A stretch of 64,000 bases of DNA from Octopus sinensis (lineage: Eukaryota): contig NC_043008.1 of the NCBI RefSeq assembly GCF_006345805.1, positions 63,860,001 to 63,924,000 of the forward strand. The letters are read 5' to 3'. Positions 52,138-64,000 of this stretch are shown here, piece by piece (position 1 is the first letter of the stretch; the number at the start of each line of letters is the position of its first letter). The notes beneath the pieces were generated by a model. It was given only the letters and a program-made list of their open reading frames with translations. It was not told the origin of the DNA and made no database searches. A program made the position numbers and the translations under genes.

Positions 52138-53231
52138 AATACACATATATATATGATGGGCTTCTTTTAGTTTTCATTGGCTAAATTCAGTAACAATGCT
52201 TTACTTGATCCAAGATTCTGTCAGAAATTGAACCTTTAACAAAGCAGTTGTGAAGCATACTTCTTAGGCACATGACCGACCCTACACCTGTGTTATATGC
52301 ATACATATGCAACAGGCTTCCATACACTTTCCACTTACACAGTTTTGGTCAGAAAACATCAGTCCACCCATACTATAACAGGAGACCCTCACCCAATGTA
52401 CAACACAAATTAAACCCAGAAACTTTTGGTTATGAATCAAACTTCTGAACCACTTGGTCTATGCTTGTGTCTTGTAAAACCAGAATAATTTGAAATTTTT
52501 AAACTACTTCATTTCCTTTGTTTCTCTCCTTTATTCTGTTTCTGTTAGTTTATATTCCATTTATCTTCCAGTACTCCAGTCTCCTAAGATGAAATGAATT
52601 TCTAACCAGGATTTGAAACTGGGAATTTCATTTCAAATTTAGACTTTCAGCTCTTTTAAACTCAGTACCACAATCCTAAACTTGATGTTTCTTCTTTAAC
52701 TGAACAACTTCTCTTTAATTCGATTCAGATCATTAAAAATGAGGTCATTTCTTCCTTGAAAGACTATTAGAAGATAAAGAGGCTAATATGGAATGTTAAA
52801 AAATTAAATATATTTCTAAGCAGATTTTGAACCTGGAATCTTTATTTCAAATCTAAACTTTCAATAGCTTAACACTGAACCACAGCCCTAACATCAATGT
52901 TTAGCTTCTTCTTTAACTTTGATTCTATTTAGATCTTAAAAGATCAACTTATCCTTCATTTCACCCATTTCAAAAAATGTATAAGCTATAAGGCAATATT
53001 AAAAACGTAATCCTTTTGTGTTTTCCAAATTCAAGAAGAATTTTATCAAGAACATAGAGAAATCTACCTGATATAGAGTTTCTCCTCTATCTACTTTTCA
53101 TGCCATATTGTCTTGGGATATTTTTAATGTCTTCTCATCTAGACACAATACAACAAAGTTCCAGTAGAATTTGGTTTTGTCACAACATCATGCTTGATAT
53201 TTATTGTTTATTTTAATCCTAAGTTCGCACA

Positions 53232-53480
53232 GGTGGAGGCCCGTGGCTTAGTGGTTAGGGTGTCAGCATCATGATTGTAAGATTATGGTTTTGATTCCTG
53301 GACCAGACAGCGCATTGTGTCTTGAACAAAACACTTCATTTCTCGTTGCTCCAGTCCACTCAGCTGGCAAAAATGAGTAACGCTGCGATGGACTGGCGTC
53401 CCATCTAACTGGCTAACATAGAAACCGGGAAACTGGGCCCATGAGCCTGGCTAGGCTTTAAAATGGCACATTTATTTATT
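53232..53480 (+). mobile_element. SINE family D
   Basis: Colinear with 40427-40693. Confidence 0.88.
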
Positions 53481-54039
53481 TTATTTTTAAGTTTGCACAG
53501 ATTGAGAATAGCTATGACAAAAGACATTCCAGTTATGATGATCAGGTGTAATGTACTAAGAAATTGCACTGTTCAGTGTGAACTTCTTTCAAAGATTGTA
53601 AAATGTGGGTACGTATTTCTAGCAGGTTGAGAAACTAGAAAACAGCTTCTGAATTGGCTTGTGAATAATGGCTGAGAATAGTTATTGTTCTTGGGTAAGA
53701 TGGTTAATCACATCAATGGTTGTCATTATTATACCAAGTCCAAATATACCATAGCTTATGAGCTAAAGAAATTGATATTTAACTTCAAAATTAACCTAGG
53801 AATGTGTGGGGTCTTACAAATTGCTTCCCAGTTCCTTGGGAAAAGCAGTTAGCACATGCCGTAAAGTGGTTGGTATTAGAAGGGACATCTATCAATAAAA
53901 CCAAGCCAAGTCAACCCACACTAGGATGGAAAATGGACTTTAATGATGGTGATGACAATGGCGATGATATAATGTGCATGCATATATATAATCATATATA
54001 CACGATTACATGCATATACACGCTTATATATACTATGCT

Positions 54040-54268
54040 GGCGAGGTGGCAGAAACATTATCGCGCCGGGCGAAATGCTTAGCGGTATTTCGTCTGACGT
54101 TACGTTCTGAGTTCAAATTCCGCCGAGGTATATTTTGCCTTTCATCCTTTTGGGGTCGATAAATAAAGTACCAGTTTCGTACTGAGGTCGATGTAATCGA
54201 CTTAATCCGTTTGTCTGTCCTTGTTTATCCCCTTTATGTTTAGCCTCTTGTGGGTAGTAAAGAAATAT
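54040..54268 (+). mobile_element. SINE family C
   Basis: Matches the family consensus. Confidence 0.9.
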
Positions 54269-55088
54269 ATATATACTATGCTGGAATACAACACTTTAAA
54301 CTGACAGGAAAACAAATCTGTGAAAACCTAGATTACAGACTGTAGGTACATGAAGGCATGTAGCTTAGTGGTTAAATTATTCAACTGAAGAATATAAGGT
54401 CATGAGTTCAATTCCTAGCAGCCTGTAGGAGACACTTATTTCTGTTCTTCCAGTCCACTCAACTTGTAAAAATGAGTTGTACTTGTATTTGTCGCATACT
54501 GTAATGCTGAATCTCCCTGAGAATGACATTAAGGGTACACATGTCTGTGGAGTACTCAGCCACTTGCACATTAATTTCATGATCATGTAGTTCCATTTAC
54601 TGTATCAATTGGAACACTCATTATTGTTACCAAAAAAAGTTCCAACTGCAACCTGGAATTTTAAAATCATTAATTGTAAAAGTTTATCTCAACATTTCTG
54701 TTGACTGGCCTTCATTATTCATAAATTGATTTGCGATAAAGAAATATTACAGTTGACTTCAACTAATGTGAAATTCAGAATTAAGAAAGATTAAGCTAAA
54801 TTACTAGAATCTAATTAGTTCCTTATTCTTAAGTGTCGGTTGCCTTCACTTAACATTAATTTAATAATTCACATGTAAATCAGCCAAATTTAGTTGAACT
54901 AAGCAAGTCTTTTATTGATATTAGTAAGGATAAGTAATAGTTCTCAATATAGGCCACAGTCCACACTTCAAGATATTGTGACTTCACTGTATTAAGGAAG
55001 TACTTTAGAAGATAGTGGATATTTAGAGGGACTGTGCTTTTCCTTATCAATAAAATATTTAAACCAAGTAAAACATATATATATATAT

Positions 55089-55601
55089 ACTAGCAGTATC
55101 GCCCGGCGTTGCTCGGGTTTGTAAGGGAAATAACTATATAAGCATTTTTAGAGAGTTACTTCCCTTATAGATGCCAATTCAGGCTTTCTTAGCCATTTCT
55201 GTTTTGGTGTCTTCAAGCCATGAAGTCGTTGTTCTAAAAGAACGCTGGTCTCCCTGACAACGCTTTACGACGTTGATTTCCTTACACTCCCTTCCCCACA
55301 GCTTCACGAGGGAGGGAAGAAATGGGAGAAGCAAACAGGTGCAGGTGTGACCATGGACGCCAACTCCGCCGCCATCGACACACGAAAAATTATGCATTAA
55401 AATGGAATAAAAAATTGTTAAATTATTTTTAAAATCGTAGACTCATCGTAGACGCGTGCTAATACTCAGACGGGCTTGATATGAATCACGACTATAAGAT
55501 ACCCGAATTTTGTTAAACTGCACCGCAAAATGTGGGAGTAGTTAGGAATCTAAATCAAAGGGGACAGACACTCACACAACTACAGTTTTATATATATAGA
55601 T
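55089..55601 (+). mobile_element. Non-autonomous Helitron/Helentron-like (HINE/DINE-like) element
   Basis: 5' actagcagtatcgcccggcgttgctcggg with a small hairpin; 3' acagacactcacacaactacagttttatatatatagat; inserted in (TA)n. Confidence 0.65.
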
Positions 55602-56485
55602 ATATGGAGAGAGAGAGAGAAAGGTAAAGAATTCCTTCAGTCATGGATGTATTATTTCCTACCTCTGATATTTCTGGCTTTCTACCTATAGTAGAAAAGA
55701 TTATTGCCTTCGTTATGGATTTCCATAAAAATTTAACATAGTAGGTATTAGTCCGTATAAATATTTATTTAAAGAAGGCACATTCTGGTAGGGATAATAG
55801 AAAGAGATATGGATAATAAATAAATGAAGAAAATTAGCTTGTGTTTTATTAAATTACTGTATTTTAATGTGTTTAAGGAACCTTCTAATTTTGGGGGCTT
55901 AAAATTTGGATAAAAGGTTTTGTAAGGGGTTATTATACTATTCATGTATAAGAAACTCCCATATTTTTTTAACCTAATTTTTGACAAAAAAGGGTTCCTT
56001 ACACACGTTAAAATATGATAACCTGCTTTTTTATATAGTGATCAATTCAGTACATGGAAAGGGGCGTTTGTAAAATACCGTTCAATGAAAGGACTGCTGA
56101 ACAAGTTTAAAGTTGACATACTAAGGCACTATTCAGAATAGATAATAGTAGACAATTTATTCCTGCAGACATTTTACATACCATCACATAAGACACATGT
56201 CTCATTCTTTCATAACTGTGTTTATAATAAAACATGTATTTTAATTAATTTTGAAAATAATCAAGAATTTGTAAGGATTTAGCAAAATAATTGGCTTTTT
56301 TTCTATTAAGCTGGTATTTAGAGTATAACTTAACAAAAGATTCTTGAATTAAAATCAGATTATACATTAACACATTTCTTACCATATTTCTATAGAAATA
56401 CACTATCTTCATATTAAATTAGTGTTGAAAATAAGTAAGAATTATAAACTAATTTTGTCATTATAAAACTGGTGTTTGGAACATA

Positions 56486-57380
56486 CAGGGTGATTGGAAA
56501 GTAACTCCCTATTCTAAAATGCTTATAATTTATTTATTAACTATAATTTTTTTTTCTCAGATTTGTTGTGTATATTCTTTAATGTATGGGAATTGATTCC
56601 ATGTTGTTTTTTTCTCATGTAAAAAGCACCCACTACACTCACGGAGTGGTTGGTGTTAGGAAGGGCACCCAGCCGTAGAAACATTGCCAGATCAGACTGG
56701 GCCTGGTGCAGCCTTCTGGCTTCACAGACCCCAGTTGAACCGTCCAACCCATGCTAGCATGGAAAGCAGACGTTAAACAATGATGATGATGATTGATTAT
56801 TTTGTTTGAAATTTAGAAGCCTTACAAACATGGCTGGATATTTTACTGTGCAGGAGCATGCCCAGCTAGCTGGACATAACGAAGTTTGGAGATCAGTTGT
56901 TCAAGTGCAAAGATGGTGGAGGACCATTAGAGGAAGACATGCTTAAATTGATAATCAAGAATTGCCATGCAAAATTCACGTCTACAGGATTTGTAGCTGA
57001 TACTTCAAGTGGTCGTCCTTCCAATTCATCAAGGTCCGCATGACTGGCTGGCCAGAAGCCCTGATTTAACACCCTGCGACTGTTTTCTTTGGGGTTGGTT
57101 AAAGGAGGAAGTCTTCTCTACCAAACCAATGACTTTGGAAGAACTTGAAGGGTGAATACGAGAAGTTATGTCTTGCATACCACAAGACTTCCTGATGAAA
57201 CCAGTTGATGTGGTTCCCAGGTGGCTTCAGAAGCTGGTGGTGAATGCTGATGCCTATATCAAATTTTAAATAAAATTCCATGCTATACACTTTCTTTACA
57301 TATTCATTTTTTCTAAAAATTATAGTTAATAAATAAATCATAAGTATTTTAAAATAGGGAGTTACTTTTCAATCTCCCTG
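56486..57380 (+). mobile_element. Internally deleted Tc1/mariner (DD41D/rosa-like) element
   Basis: ~65-bp TIRs (cagggtgattggaaagtaactccctatt...), TA TSD, remnant WLARSPDLTPCDCFLWGWLKEEVF. A SINE A is inserted at 56618-56790. Confidence 0.85.
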
Positions 57381-59257
57381 TATATTAACATGAAATTTTG
57401 ATGGAAGATTTTGATTATTTAGATTCCTTTAAAATATTAAGTTTATATCAGAGAATCAAAGGGTGGTCTTAGATGGGTTTGTAAGAAAAGGGTTTTAAAA
57501 TACACTCACATTTTCTATCATATGGCTAGAGGCAGATTCAGGTAATTGTTTGATATCACTGAAAATTTTGTGAAATGAATTAGGGAAATTTTAAAAAATC
57601 TACTTGTAGTTTGATATGAACTATATAGTTTTTGAAAGAGTTATAAAAGTAATATAAATATGAAGTAACTAATATATCAAATTTTCATTTTCTAGTTTTT
57701 TCTTATTTACTGATGATTAAACAAGCATGAAGGACATCTTAACAACAGTTTAAATAAAATGAAGTGATAGAAATCATCAGAAAAAATAAACTTAATAAGA
57801 AGGAAAAATTGCTCAAAGCAACTGGAAATTGTTTTGAAATAAAGCATCACAATACACTTCACTTGTCTTTCAATTTACCACAAAATTCAGCAAAACCTTT
57901 AATCATTCCAGCTTTCCACAACATTAAGCAATAATTATTCTAACAAACACTATTGGGAATCATTATTCCGATGTATTGGAATATTTTCCATCATGCAGCA
58001 AAATTAAATTAGCATTTGGCAATAATTAACCCAACTTTTGCAATTTTTATCTTAATTGTTAATAGCCATTAGCCACGACTTTCCCATTTTAACCAGCACA
58101 TTTCTACCCATTATTTCATTCGAGTGGTCATTGTTTTGACAATAATAATACAAATTGGTAATGGTATTAAGAAATATTTATGACAGTTTATCATATTATT
58201 TAGTCGTAATTATCCAAGACAGAAAGAAATTGTTATAGAAAGGAAGAATATTAGAGAGCATGTTGTACCATATAGTTTTCTCATTTGTTGCAACATTAAA
58301 AGCATATTTTTGAATAAATTGATATGGATGCAACTGTATTAATGACATAATCCAACAATTACAGATAAAACATGTAAATGAAGAAATAATAATACTAAAT
58401 GACTTGGTTCTTTTATTGTTTTGTTTCTTTTATTATTTACTAAAGAGGAGAGGCAGCACCCATGACATAATATAGGGTTTTAAATCCTAGAAAAAGCAAA
58501 GTACCCTTGAAACAGAAACCTTATCCAAATGCTCGTAACAGAGGAATCACTGTTAAAGGCTCTCAATGATTCAGTCGGAAGTATTGAACTGAGTAACAGA
58601 TTCTGCTAATGTATGACTCCTTTTTCTGATTTGGAAACAATACCTTCAGTTTTGTGTTTAAGGGGTTAGTTGATATTATTAATCCCCAATATTTGACAAC
58701 TGTCTTATCTTATCAATCCTGGATGAATGACAGATAAATGTGATCCCAAAAGGATTTGAACACAGAATGTTAAGGCTCAGAACAAATGACACAAGATATT
58801 TATTCTGAAAGTCTAATGATTCTGCCAACAAAATTTAGATCTTATGTACTATAGTAGCTTGTCATTATTGTTTTAATGCATACTTTCCATGGTTGTATTG
58901 GTTGGATGAAAGTATATTGGGGTAGAGTTTCAATGACTAGATGTCTTCACTGATACTGATACCCACATATTTCCAAGAAAGTCGATAACCCTCTAGTCTA
59001 TTGAACAATGAAAAACCCACACATGTTTATGCAGAGAACTGGAAACAAACAACTTTTGAAAAAGCATTTTGTTTACAAAGATTGTGAAACACATCAAGGC
59101 ATTTCAAGAATCCTGGAAATGCTTTGATCAAATACAACCAGAAGACATCGCCAGAATAGATAGCAAAGTAGTTGTTTATAGTCAGAAAATACACATGAAG
59201 ATAAGGGAAATATAAAGTCACTCACACAAATAAACTCAAACACGCACACATGTATAT

Positions 59258-59289
<32 letters not shown>

Positions 59290-59319
59290 GCATAAAAACC
59301 ACCATTCAAGCATGGTCAA

Positions 59320-60060
59320 TGCTAATGCTGCCTGACTGGCTCCCATACCAGTGGCACATAAAAAATACCCACTACGTTGTCGATGTGGTTGGCGTTAGGA
59401 AGGGCATCCAGCTGTAGAAACCTTGCCAAGTCAGATTGGAGCCTGGTGCAGCCTCCGGGCTTGCCAGTCGTCAGTCAAATCGTCCAACCCATACCAGCAT
59501 GGAACGCAGACACTAAACAACGACGACGATGATGATGATGATATACATATATATGTGTGTGTCTATATATAGGGTACAAGAAGTATTTGAGGACATATTT
59601 GATATTTTAATTAAGCAACACCAATCAAGTAAAAATCAAATGTATTTTATTAAAAAATTGTGCGTGGCTGTGTGGGAAGAAGCTTACTTCCCAACCATAT
59701 AGTTCTGGGTTCAGTCCCACTGCATGGCAACTTGGGCAAGTGTGTTCTATGATAGCCTCAGGCTGACCAAACCCTTGTGAGTAGATTTGATAGACAGAAC
59801 TGAAAGAAGCCCGCCGGTGGCACATAAAAAGCACCAATCCGATCATGGCCATTGCCAGCCTCGCCTGGCACCTGTGTCAATGGCACGTAAAAAACACCCA
59901 CTACACTCACGGAGTGGTTGGCATTAGGAAGGGCATCCAGCTGTAGAAACACTGCCAGATCAGACTGGAGCCTGGTGCAGCCTTCTGGCTTCCCAGATCC
60001 CCGGTTGAACCGTCCAACCCATGCTAGCATGGAGAACGGATGTTAAACGATGATGATGAT
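59320..60060 (+). mobile_element. SINE cluster: A (59320-59545), B head (59662-59815), A (59813-60060)
   Basis: Family motifs as above. Confidence 0.85.
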
Positions 60061-60092
60061 ATATATATATGTAAATATACGTATATATGTAC

Positions 60093-60155
<63 letters not shown>

Positions 60156-61429
60156 AAGCTTCTTCAGTTTCTATCTACCAGTTTCACTGTCAACTAGCTA
60201 TTGGTGGTTCAATGTCTATAGTATGTAATACAAGCTAACAGCTTTCACTCATATGATGGAACCACCTATCATATGATTCTATAGCTATCATGACCAGTAT
60301 TTCCTAATTTTTCTTTTAATCTGATGAGATGTAATAAGTTCAATAGATAATGTATATTATAAATCACAGGTAAAATAAATTAGAATCAGGTATCATGAGA
60401 TAATGACCTATATAATAACGTATTAGATAATGCTCAGCTGAATCACAGTACGAATGATAACAGAATTAATTGCTGAACAAAAATACTACAAACATATAAT
60501 TCTAATAGTTTATATGGTTTATATATTTTTACTACCAACCTGAAGTATCAAATGATCAAAGATATATGTAGGAATGTATAACTGCTAAAATTTGGTTTCA
60601 AATAGAATGGTAATGTTCATCTGAATATTTGCCCAACTACTAATCATTGAGTAACCGTAGTTTTATATCAGTAATCAACATTCAAACTTGATGTAAGTTA
60701 TTGGAGATAACCATATTGATTTCATTATTTGATTGGGTACATTGACATAATTTCCGTAATGAAAATATCATCAACAATTGATGTACAGTTAATTATTTTA
60801 TTAGAACTGCAGAGATGAAAAGAAGAGGAGATTTTTATGTTTAGCTACAAATCAGTGCTTCTTGATATATGTATTCCTTCTGTCATGTAAAGTTTCATTC
60901 ATAGCAAAATATTGGATTAGCAACAGATTTAGACATCAACTACAAACAAATAAACTCTACTACATGAGTTATTGTGTAAAGTACTTTTTCTTCAGGTATT
61001 AAATCAATATATATAATTCGCATATACACACACACACACACACACACACATGCACACACACACACACACACACAAATACATATATATATAAAACAGATGG
61101 GCTGAGGTTCCCTACAGCTGTTTCAGGCATGGTCTATAATGATGAACAAAACAATTAATTCATATAAAAGAATCGTTTCCTTCAGATGAGTAAAGAGTAA
61201 AATTTAACATTTAGAATTCTTCACACAAATAGCATATAATGTGTATTGACTCTTATGTTTTGGTTTCATGTACACTCTTTTAGTGCTCAGGTGCACTATC
61301 ACTGACTCTACCTTGGTATCATTGTTATTTAAATACCTTGATTCTTTTGAATCCTGAAGAATATACATGTATAATTCACACACACACACACATGCATGAA
61401 CACACTCTGCTAAGTAGTTGATGATAGGA

Positions 61430-61830
61430 AGGGCGTCTTGCTGTAAAAGTCCTGCCAAAACAGTTACAGAAGTTTGGTACAGGCTCGTTACCAGCATTGC
61501 CTTACTGGCACTTGTGCCGGTGGCATGTGAAAAACAATATTTGAGCGAGGTCGTTGCCATTGCCACTGGACTGGCTCCTGTGTAGGTGGTATGTAAAAAA
61601 CACCATTTGAGCATGGCCATAGCCAGTACTGCCCAACTGGCCCTCGTGCCAGTGGCACATAAAAGCACCCACTACACACTCGGAGTGGTTGGCATTAAGA
61701 AGGAAATCCAGCAGTAGAAACTCTGCTAGATCAGATTGGAGCCTGGCGCAGCCATCTGTTTCACCAGACCTCAGTCAAATCATCCAACCCATGCCAGCAT
61801 GAAAAGTGGACGTTAAACAATGATTATGAG
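61430..61830 (+). mobile_element. Older SINE family A with three ~62-bp internal units
   Basis: gtggcatgt(g/a)aaaa(a)ca(c/a) units, then the standard 3' body. Confidence 0.75.
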
Positions 61831-62119
61831 GAAGATGATATGCATAGATAGATACATTCAAACATACTTTCCAGAAGTTTATCATTTAAGTATATATGTG
61901 CATGTCTCAGTATGCCACTATATGCATGAGGATACATACATAAAACGAAACATACACAACTGTATATGCACTGATCCAAAATTCTGCACATACACACACA
62001 CATACATGAAAAAATACCCTGTTGATGTTGTTGATGGGTTAGAACCTGACTCTTTCTCTATTGGGAAGAAATCTGGAATTAAACTGAATAATGACATACA
62101 TACATACATACATAAATAA

Positions 62120-62372
62120 ATAAATGCGCCCTTTTTAAAGCCTAGCCAGGTTCATGGGCCCGGTTTCCTGGTTTCAATGGCATATGTGTTCTCAAGTGGA
62201 CGGGACGCCAGTCCATCGCAGCGTTACTCATTTTTGCCAGCTGAGTGGACTGGAGCAATGGGAAATGAAATGTTTTGCTCAAGAATACAACGCATCACCC
62301 GGTCCAGGAATCGAAACCCCATTTTTTACGATCATGATACCGACACCCTAACCACTAAGCCACGTGCCTCCA
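62120..62372 (-). mobile_element. SINE family D
   Basis: Reverse complement of the 53232 copy. Confidence 0.88.
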
Positions 62373-63339
62373 CTACATACATGCATATATTACGTCTACC
62401 GGCTCCACTCAAAGACACAGATCGGGCCAAAGTTATAGTAGATGTCACTGAGTTCATGTTACTCTATGAAATAGAACTCGAAACCACATTTTTATATATT
62501 CAAACAGTCATGCCTGTACCTAATGATATATGGTCAAGAATAAGGTTAATCTAACGAGAGGAATTTCTTACTTGGAGATAGTAAATACGTTTATGCTTTT
62601 TTTAAATGCTTCATCTTAATTTATTGCATTTTGGTTGGTGTGGGGTGAAGAATCAATTATTGATTTGAATTCTGTCTGTTTTGTTGTTTTAAACATGTTT
62701 ATATAGGCATAAAATTGCCGAACACATAAAGTTCTTCTCCAATCAGCCACTAACAGAAACGTTATCCAAGATTCTTATATAATTGTTCACCCAGTGAAAA
62801 ATCTAGTCCATTGCTTTTTCAAATCCTAATTACTATCAAATGTTACTCTTGGATAAAGAAAGTCTGAAATAAGAAGTAGCTTCTTGTAAAAAATTATATT
62901 CAGAGATTATAAATATTTGTATGTACAATAGTTTCTTTTGACCGACTAGTTTAAGATTAAATAGTTTTGTAGTTACTCACTGTACCATCAATTAATGAGA
63001 GAGAAGACATCTGTTTTACTGGGGTATACAAAAAGAACACACATGTATAAGAAGAAACTATATGCGAGACTACAGACTATGAAATGAATGAACTACCTAT
63101 TACTATATGATAAACATACACTACACAATACGCACACATTAAGCCCACTTTTTTTGTCTCTATATGACCATTACTATTGTTTTGACGTTCACTTTCCTAT
63201 GCTTGCATGGGTCAGAGGAAATTTATTGGGCAAATTTTTCTGTAGCTATTGCATGCTCTTCCTGTCGTCAACCCACACCTGTTTTACAAGTAAGGTAATG
63301 ATGTAATATTTGCCTTAGTCCTTTGAACAAAGTGAAGGT

Positions 63340-63640
63340 GCATGGCTCAGGGGTTAGAGTATCAGGCTCACAAGGATGAGATAGTGAGTTCAATTCCACA
63401 CAAGGCTGTGTGTTATGCTCTTGAGCAAGACACTTTATTTCACATTGTTCCAGTCCATTCAGCTATAGAATTAGGTTGTGATGTCACTGGTGCCAAGCTC
63501 TATTGGCTTTTGTTTTTCTCTTCGATAATATTGGTGACATGGAGAGGTTGGTATGCATGGGAAACTGCTTGTCTTCCATAAACAACCTTGCCCAGACTCG
63601 TGCCTCAGAACAGAATATAAACAGTTCTATGGCTAAAAAT
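63340..63640 (+). mobile_element. Older CORE-like SINE, related to 43560-43820 (minus)
   Basis: gagttcaattcc B-box, cttgagcaagacactttatttc, cttccataaacaaccttgcccagact. Confidence 0.7.
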
Positions 63641-63826
63641 TGGTTTACAATTAAGGGGAAAACACACTCACATACCATAAAAAATATATATAAGATTCTT
63701 TTATTAGCATATAAAACTATTGGTAGTGCTTAAATACATGTATTGTCCCCTTTAAAAACACAATATTTATCTCTCATCAGATGGAATACACTTTTTGTTA
63801 AATTTTCTATCACAAAACTATATTAT

Positions 63827-64000
63827 ACTAGCAGTATCGCCCGGCGTTGCTCGGGTTTGTAAGGGAAATAACTATAAAGCATTTTTAGAGAGTTATAGCC
63901 AAAAAATGGAAAAAAAATGATGGTAAATTTTTTTTTAGTTAAAAAGGTCGAGTTGCGTCCCCTAGACAGTCTGTGGTTTGTGTTTCTGATTCTCGACCCC
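63827..64000 (+). mobile_element. Second Helentron-like copy, runs off the window
   Basis: First ~70 bp nearly identical to 55089. Confidence 0.65.

Noticed and set aside
53620-53700. Possible first coding exon (ATG GCT GAG...TGG|gtaag); similar case at ~10750-10786
   Set aside because: It is isolated, with no compatible downstream exon or recognisable peptide.

Overview
This is AT-rich, repeat-saturated eukaryotic DNA. The SINE families and the (TA)n/(GATA)n/(ATG)n load are most consistent with a coleoid cephalopod such as Octopus; that assignment is from recognition of repeat families, not a search. I found no convincing intact host gene, rRNA, tRNA gene or CRISPR array. Most ORF-track entries are microsatellite or repeat artefacts. 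Retroelements: a decayed Gypsy/Mag-like LTR element (23.7-29.4 kb), a second deleted relative nested in a mariner (46.3-47.7 kb), RTE, CR1 and L1/Tx1-like LINE relics, Penelope-like tails carrying minimal hammerhead-type motifs, and more than 25 SINE copies from about four families (labelled A-D here). DNA elements: four Tc1/mariner lineages (DD37D maT, DD36E, DD34D, DD41D-like), a hAT-like MITE, and Helitron/Helentron pieces. The most unusual structure is a 1.27-kb element with 211-bp TIRs and an 8-bp TSD (Merlin-like) inserted in the Gypsy protease; it carries an internal hairpin of inverted telomere-like repeats. Also notable: a shared A6U variant of the hammerhead core in three Penelope tails, two LTRs flanked by both a PPT and a PBS-like motif, a templated-insertion junction at 43.0 kb, and several near-perfect palindromes.
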